Below the pieces are notes generated by a model. That model saw nothing but the letters and a program-made list of their open reading frames with translations. It had not been told where the DNA came from and made no database searches. DNA of 59,330 bases, taken from positions 1-59,330 of the forward strand of contig DASYDU010000311.1 in the NCBI GenBank assembly GCA_036499445.1. The letters are read 5' to 3'. The translations under genes and the position numbers were made by a program. This DNA is from Lacipirellulaceae bacterium. GTDB lineage: Bacteria > Planctomycetota > Planctomycetia > Pirellulales > Lacipirellulaceae. This document shows, in pieces, positions 54,991 through 59,330 of the stretch (the first letter of the stretch is position 1; every line of letters starts with the position of its first letter).

Positions 54991-57192
54991 ATGAGCAAAA
55001 CCCTTGTACGTCAAAAAAAACCTGCTCGCCGCGCCGATGTCCACCCCGTCACTCGCCCCACGCTGTCCGCCGCATCGCCGTCCTGGCTAATTTGGAATTT
55101 CGCCGCGGCAATTTTCACCAGCGCGTTCCTGCTCTTTCAAGTGCAGCCGATCATCAGCAAGTACATCTTGCCGTGGTTTGGCGGCGCGCCGGCGGTCTGG
55201 ACAACCTGCATGTTGTTCTTTCAGGCCGTTTTGTTTTGCGGCTACCTCTACGCGCATTTGTCGCAACGCTTTTTGACTCCCAAATGGCAAGGCGCTCTCC
55301 ATATCGGCCTGCTCATCGCCGCGGTGCTGCTGCTGCCAATCGAGCCATCCGCAAGCTGGAAGCCGCAAGACAGCAGCGACCCCGTGTGGCGAATTTTGCT
55401 GCTTTTGGGCGTGACGGTTGGGCTGCCCTATTTTTTGCTCTCCTCCACGGGACCGCTCTTGCAATCGTGGTTCAGTCGCGCGTACGAAAATCGCTCACCC
55501 TACCGGTTGTACGCCCTGTCAAATATCGGCTCGCTGTTGGCACTACTCAGCTATCCGTTTTTCGTCGAGACCCGATTGGATTTGCCCGCGCAGACTCGCA
55601 TGTGGTCGTATGGCTACGTGGCGTTTGCAGCGCTCTGTAGTCTGCCGGCCGTTTGGCTTTTCCTCAGGCACTCAGCAGCGAAAAAGGCAGATGCCCACTC
55701 GCCGACTATTTCTGCCGCCCTGCCGGCGCAGGTGCCAGCGACTTCTCATCTTTGGTTACACCGCGTCGCTTGGGTGCTGCTCGCCGGATTAGCGTCGATG
55801 ATGCTCCTGGCCACCACCAACCACGCCTGCGCCGAGATCGCTCCGGTGCCGCTGCTGTTTATCGTGCCGCTCACGGTCTACCTGCTGTCGTTCATCATTT
55901 GCTTCGACCACTCCCGCTGGTACAAACGCGGCTTCTTCGGCGCTTTCACCGCGCTCGCCGTACTGGTGGTCGTGGGCGAATATGCCTTTCACAAGTTGTA
56001 CGATTGGCCGTATCTTCCGCTCCCGGCGGAGCTGGGCGTCAGCTTTCTGATGCTCTTTGGCCTCTGCATGTGTTGCCACGGCGAAGTTGTCCGTCTCCGT
56101 CCCGATCCGCGGCACCTCACCGAGTTCTACTTGCTGATCTCCGCAGGCGGCGTTCTCGGCGGCGCATTTGTCAGCCTCGTCGCCCCCCATGTTTTTCACA
56201 CGTACATCGAGTGGGTGATCGGATTGATCCTCGCGTTCACGATCGCCTGCGGCCTCGTGGCGCTTGAATTGCGGGGCCGGCCCAAACTGCCCGCCATCGT
56301 CGCAGGTTTGCCGCTCGCCGCCATTCCCTTCGGCATTTGGTTTATCGTCGCCTGGAATCAGCCCGATCCGGACGCCATCCGCTCGATGCGGAATTTCTTC
56401 GGCGCCGTTTCCGTCCGCGAACATGACCGCGACGATCCACAATTTCACCACTATTCCTTCCGCAGCGGCGCCATCGATCACGGCAAGCAGTACGTCGCGC
56501 CAGAAAAGCGGCGCGAACAGATTTCCTATTTCTATCCCGATAGCGGCGCCGGCAAGACCATGCTCTTCATGAAGCAGACGCATCCCGAAGGGGTTCGTGT
56601 CGGCGTGCTCGGCATGGGCGTCGGCCTCTTGGCCGCCTATGGCGAGAAGAACGATCAGTTCCGCTTCTACGAAATCAATCCGAACGTGATGTTGCTCGCC
56701 CGCGATCCCTTCACTTTCCTGACCGATTTCGAATCCCGCGGCGGCAAATGCGACGTGATCGAAGGTGATGGCCGGCTGTCGCTCGAGCGCGAGCCGCCGC
56801 ACAACTTCCACATCCTCTACCTCGACGCCTTCACCGGCGATGCCCCGCCGGTTCACCTGCTCACGGAAGAGGCCTTCGAGATTTATCAGAAGCACCTGGC
56901 CGACGACGGCCTGATTTGCGTCAACGTCATCAACACCTACGTCAATCTCGTGCCCGTCGTCGAGCAGGCGGCCAAGCATTTCGGCTGGCACGTGACGCGG
57001 ATTCACCACGAAGGCGACGATGACAAGCTCTACTACCGCACCGACTTCATGATCCTCGCACCGCACAACCCGGAGTTCGTCAGCCAGAATCCTGACCAAC
57101 TCCCCGGCAGCGACTACCTGGAACCGAAAAAAGAAGTCCCCCTTTGGACCGACCAATACAGCAACCTGTGGTCCGTCTTGAAGACGAAGTAG
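54991..57192 (+). CDS. Polytopic membrane domain fused to spermidine-synthase-like methyltransferase fold
   Basis: Start moved to ATG 54991. About 430 aa with many TM helices, then VGVLGMGVGLLAAYGEKNDQFRFYEINP...ILYLDAFTGDAPPVHLLTEEAF (spermidine-synthase-like). Confidence 0.8.
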   Translation: MSKTLVRQKKPARRADVHPVTRPTLSAASPSWLIWNFAAAIFTSAFLLFQVQPIISKYILPWFGGAPAVWTTCMLFFQAVLFCGYLYAHLSQRFLTPKWQGALHIGLLIAAVLLLPIEPSASWKPQDSSDPVWRILLLLGVTVGLPYFLLSSTGPLLQSWFSRAYENRSPYRLYALSNIGSLLALLSYPFFVETRLDLPAQTRMWSYGYVAFAALCSLPAVWLFLRHSAAKKADAHSPTISAALPAQVPATSHLWLHRVAWVLLAGLASMMLLATTNHACAEIAPVPLLFIVPLTVYLLSFIICFDHSRWYKRGFFGAFTALAVLVVVGEYAFHKLYDWPYLPLPAELGVSFLMLFGLCMCCHGEVVRLRPDPRHLTEFYLLISAGGVLGGAFVSLVAPHVFHTYIEWVIGLILAFTIACGLVALELRGRPKLPAIVAGLPLAAIPFGIWFIVAWNQPDPDAIRSMRNFFGAVSVREHDRDDPQFHHYSFRSGAIDHGKQYVAPEKRREQISYFYPDSGAGKTMLFMKQTHPEGVRVGVLGMGVGLLAAYGEKNDQFRFYEINPNVMLLARDPFTFLTDFESRGGKCDVIEGDGRLSLEREPPHNFHILYLDAFTGDAPPVHLLTEEAFEIYQKHLADDGLICVNVINTYVNLVPVVEQAAKHFGWHVTRIHHEGDDDKLYYRTDFMILAPHNPEFVSQNPDQLPGSDYLEPKKEVPLWTDQYSNLWSVLKTK

Positions 57193-57222
57193 CACGACGT
57201 GAGGGACACCGTCGGCGGAAGA

Positions 57223-59330
57223 CTACACTCCAACCGCCAACTCGGCGAACACATCATCCACGGCCGCGTCCAAAGAATCGCCCGGCTCGTCCGTCGCCCC
57301 ATCCGCAGCAACCGCATCCCGCCGCAAATCTTCCCGACGCGCTCCACCGCCCGATTGGGACGTAAGCCAAACCAAAAGCGCATCATCGTGCGAAGTCGCC
57401 GCTGTTGCCTGCCCTGCCAAACGATTCGCCACGTGCAACCGCCCACCGGTCCCCGCGGCGTACCCGGCTTCCGCGTCGGCCGGCGCTGATAGACTTAGCG
57501 CCAGTGAAACCGACGCGCCCGCGTTCGAGCCGCCCGCGCCCTCCGCAACCCGCAATCCGAAATCCTGCGTACCCTCCTCGTTTGACAATTCCATTCCGTT
57601 CCCCACTCCCGACTCCTTAATCCCAACTTCCGTCCCCGTTCCCGCTCCCGGCACCGTCTCGCCGAAGTGGTTCGCCCAAAAGTTGTAGTCGGCTTGATCG
57701 ATTACGTTTGCGCTCGCGCCTGCGTTGTCGCCATTGGCCCGCATGTCGCTCTGGCTGCCGAGCGTGTCGCGCCAGACCGTGTAGTCGCCCGCGTCGACGA
57801 TGCCGTCAGAGTCGTAGTCGCCCGGAAGAATGGAGAACCGCAGCACGGTGATCGAGTTGCCGGCGAAAGTGTAGTCGAAGCTGGGACCCAATCCGGAGAC
57901 CGTGGATGTCACCGGCACAATGTTGGTCGGGTTGGCAATCGAGTTGGTGGCGTTAGTCGCCGACGCAGAAAGGGTGGTCACGGTCGCCGTCGGGGAGACC
58001 GTGGTGATACCCGTGAGGTTGACGGTCGTCGGGTGCGCCGCTGCCCGGGTGTTGACGACCGTCAAGTAATACGCCGAGCCGGTCTTGGTCACCAGCACTT
58101 GGAGACCACTCGCGCCGCTCACCGTGTCCGAGACCACGTTGGTACCGTGGTTCTGAGAAAGCATGACTTGCGCGTAGTAACTCGGCGACCCGTAGCTCGT
58201 CGTGCCATTGAAGCCGATCAGATTGGTTGGCCACTGAACGCCGTTGACGTTGACCCACAGCGGGGCGTACGACGACATGGTCACCAGGTCGGAGTTTCGT
58301 TCCAGTCCCAGCAACCAAGAGGCATCGCCGAGCGCCGAGGCCATGTCGTTTGTCGGCGTTCCTTCGGTGGAGGCCCATTCGCCGACGAAGATTTTGTAGG
58401 AGCCGCGGGGCGCGGTGTCATAGTGAGTCAAGTTTGCTTCGAACCACGAAGGAGTTTGATAAAAATGATCATCGAGCACGTCGAACGGGCTGCCACCGGT
58501 GCTGCTACTGGTCGCGATGATTTGCAGCGACGGAAAGGCGGCGTGGATCGCGTTGTAAAACAATGGGTAGCGCGTCGGATAGGTCGACGAAAAGAAGTCT
58601 TCGTTGCCGATCTCGACGTAGCCGACGTTGTAAGGGGCCGGATGGCCGTTCGCGGCGCGCTGCGCTCCCCATGTGGTGGTTGTCGGATCGAGCACGTAGT
58701 GCAGCTCGTTGACGGCGTCGGCGACATCGGCGGTCAGCGTCGCGCCCGTGTCCGACGTGCCGTTGAGTGTATAGCCGGCGTAGACCGCCAGAATCGGCGC
58801 GGCGCCGACCTCCTCGGTCATTTGGAGGTACTCGTCGAGGCCCATGCCGTCTGTGGACCAATAACCCCACGCCGAATTGTAATGCCCCGGGCGGTCTTCC
58901 ACCGGCCCCACGGTTTTCGACCACTCAAAGCGGTCCGCGTAGGTGTTGCCTTCGAGGTAATTGCCGCCCGGTACGCGAAAGATCGGCGGACTAAGCGCCG
59001 CGAGTTTCTGCATCAGGTCCACCCGCAGGTGGTTGGCCGCGTCCAGGTACGACGGCGGGTAGAGATAGGCCGCGCCAATCCAGATCGTGGCGCCGTTGGC
59101 CGTGCTGCTGTTGGTCGAGATAACGAACCGATTGGTGGAGCTGGTCGGCGCGCCCGCGCTCGTGGTCAGCGTCGCGGTGTACTTGGCCCAAGAACTGGTG
59201 ATCGACGGGATCGTTGCGGTCGCATAGACCGTGCCACTCGTTGATTCCAGGTCCACCGTCAGCGGGCCGGTGAAACCGGCGCTGGCCTTGGCGTAGAACT
59301 CGACGCTGTACGAAGTCGAGGGCGCAACCG
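57223..59330 (-). CDS. Alpha-L-arabinofuranosidase (GH51) with N-terminal CBM-like region, dockerin-like repeats and acidic/Ala-rich tail; 5' end outside the window
   Basis: The reading frame stays open to the window edge (hand-translated ...VAPSTSYSVEFYAKASAGFTGPLTVDLES...). GH51 motifs RVPGGNYLEGN, VEIGNEDF, IFVGEWAS. Dockerin-like GDYDSDGIVDAGDYTVWRDTLG and VIDQADYNFWANHFG. Confidence 0.85.
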   Translation of the reverse strand, partial: VAPSTSYSVEFYAKASAGFTGPLTVDLESTSGTVYATATIPSITSSWAKYTATLTTSAGAPTSSTNRFVISTNSSTANGATIWIGAAYLYPPSYLDAANHLRVDLMQKLAALSPPIFRVPGGNYLEGNTYADRFEWSKTVGPVEDRPGHYNSAWGYWSTDGMGLDEYLQMTEEVGAAPILAVYAGYTLNGTSDTGATLTADVADAVNELHYVLDPTTTTWGAQRAANGHPAPYNVGYVEIGNEDFFSSTYPTRYPLFYNAIHAAFPSLQIIATSSSTGGSPFDVLDDHFYQTPSWFEANLTHYDTAPRGSYKIFVGEWASTEGTPTNDMASALGDASWLLGLERNSDLVTMSSYAPLWVNVNGVQWPTNLIGFNGTTSYGSPSYYAQVMLSQNHGTNVVSDTVSGASGLQVLVTKTGSAYYLTVVNTRAAAHPTTVNLTGITTVSPTATVTTLSASATNATNSIANPTNIVPVTSTVSGLGPSFDYTFAGNSITVLRFSILPGDYDSDGIVDAGDYTVWRDTLGSQSDMRANGDNAGASANVIDQADYNFWANHFGETVPGAGTGTEVGIKESGVGNGMELSNEEGTQDFGLRVAEGAGGSNAGASVSLALSLSAPADAEAGYAAGTGGRLHVANRLAGQATAATSHDDALLVWLTSQSGGGARREDLRRDAVAADGATDEPGDSLDAAVDDVFAELAVGV

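Noticed and set aside
55789-57195. 468-aa minus-strand ORF
   Set aside because: It is antisense to the membrane/spermidine-synthase fusion gene, whose TM helices and methyltransferase-like motifs support the plus strand.
57667-59244. 525-aa plus-strand ORF
   Set aside because: It is antisense to the GH51 gene, which has clear catalytic motifs. The product is extremely Arg/Gly/Val-rich.

Overview
GC-rich chromosomal segment with about 36 supportable protein-coding genes and no rRNA, tRNA or CRISPR. The gene content suggests a Planctomycetota (Pirellulales-like) genome, but this is inference only: tandem formylglycine-type sulfatases, several secreted glycoside hydrolases (GH29, GH106-like, GH51 with dockerin-like repeats), giant PKD/RTX-type surface proteins carrying an N-terminal E-x-L-E-x-R-x-M-L motif, a Cys-rich CCPDNYCPKP peptide and Gly-rich secreted proteins. 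Ordinary content: FixJ-type response regulator, transmembrane Ser/Thr kinase, PPK2, a tripartite RND efflux system, octaheme cytochrome c, GAPDH, and a ParE-like toxin/antitoxin pair. Candidates for uncharacterised biology, in my order of interest: (1) an eight-gene co-oriented minus-strand cluster (141-9571). In it, two paralogous secreted low-complexity proteins share a roughly 170-aa C-terminal region and bracket a TAA-interrupted membrane protein gene, a DUF3302/HlyD (YibI/YibH-like) pair and a tandem NTF2-like protein, followed by a Cache-type Ser/Thr kinase and an orphan response regulator. (2) A DUF2126-transglutaminase / fused circularly permuted ATP-grasp + alpha-E / transglutaminase trio (37171-44075), a conserved but experimentally uncharacterised predicted peptide-ligase/peptidase system. 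(3) A receiver-rich phosphorelay (hybrid kinase with two REC domains plus a triple-REC protein, start/stop overlapping) flanked by a Kdo/WaaP-kinase::degenerate-GT2 fusion and a membrane-fused spermidine-synthase-like protein. (4) A TIGR03546/TIGR03545-like overlapping gene pair downstream of the cytochrome. (5) A lower-GC islet (about 30.4-31.5 kb) holding a degraded IS1-like transposase remnant and two tiny membrane-protein ORFs. All family assignments come from motif recognition by eye; no searches were run. Several gene starts were moved from the ORF-track start (often TTG/GTG, far upstream) to an internal ATG that directly precedes a signal peptide or a conserved N-terminus.
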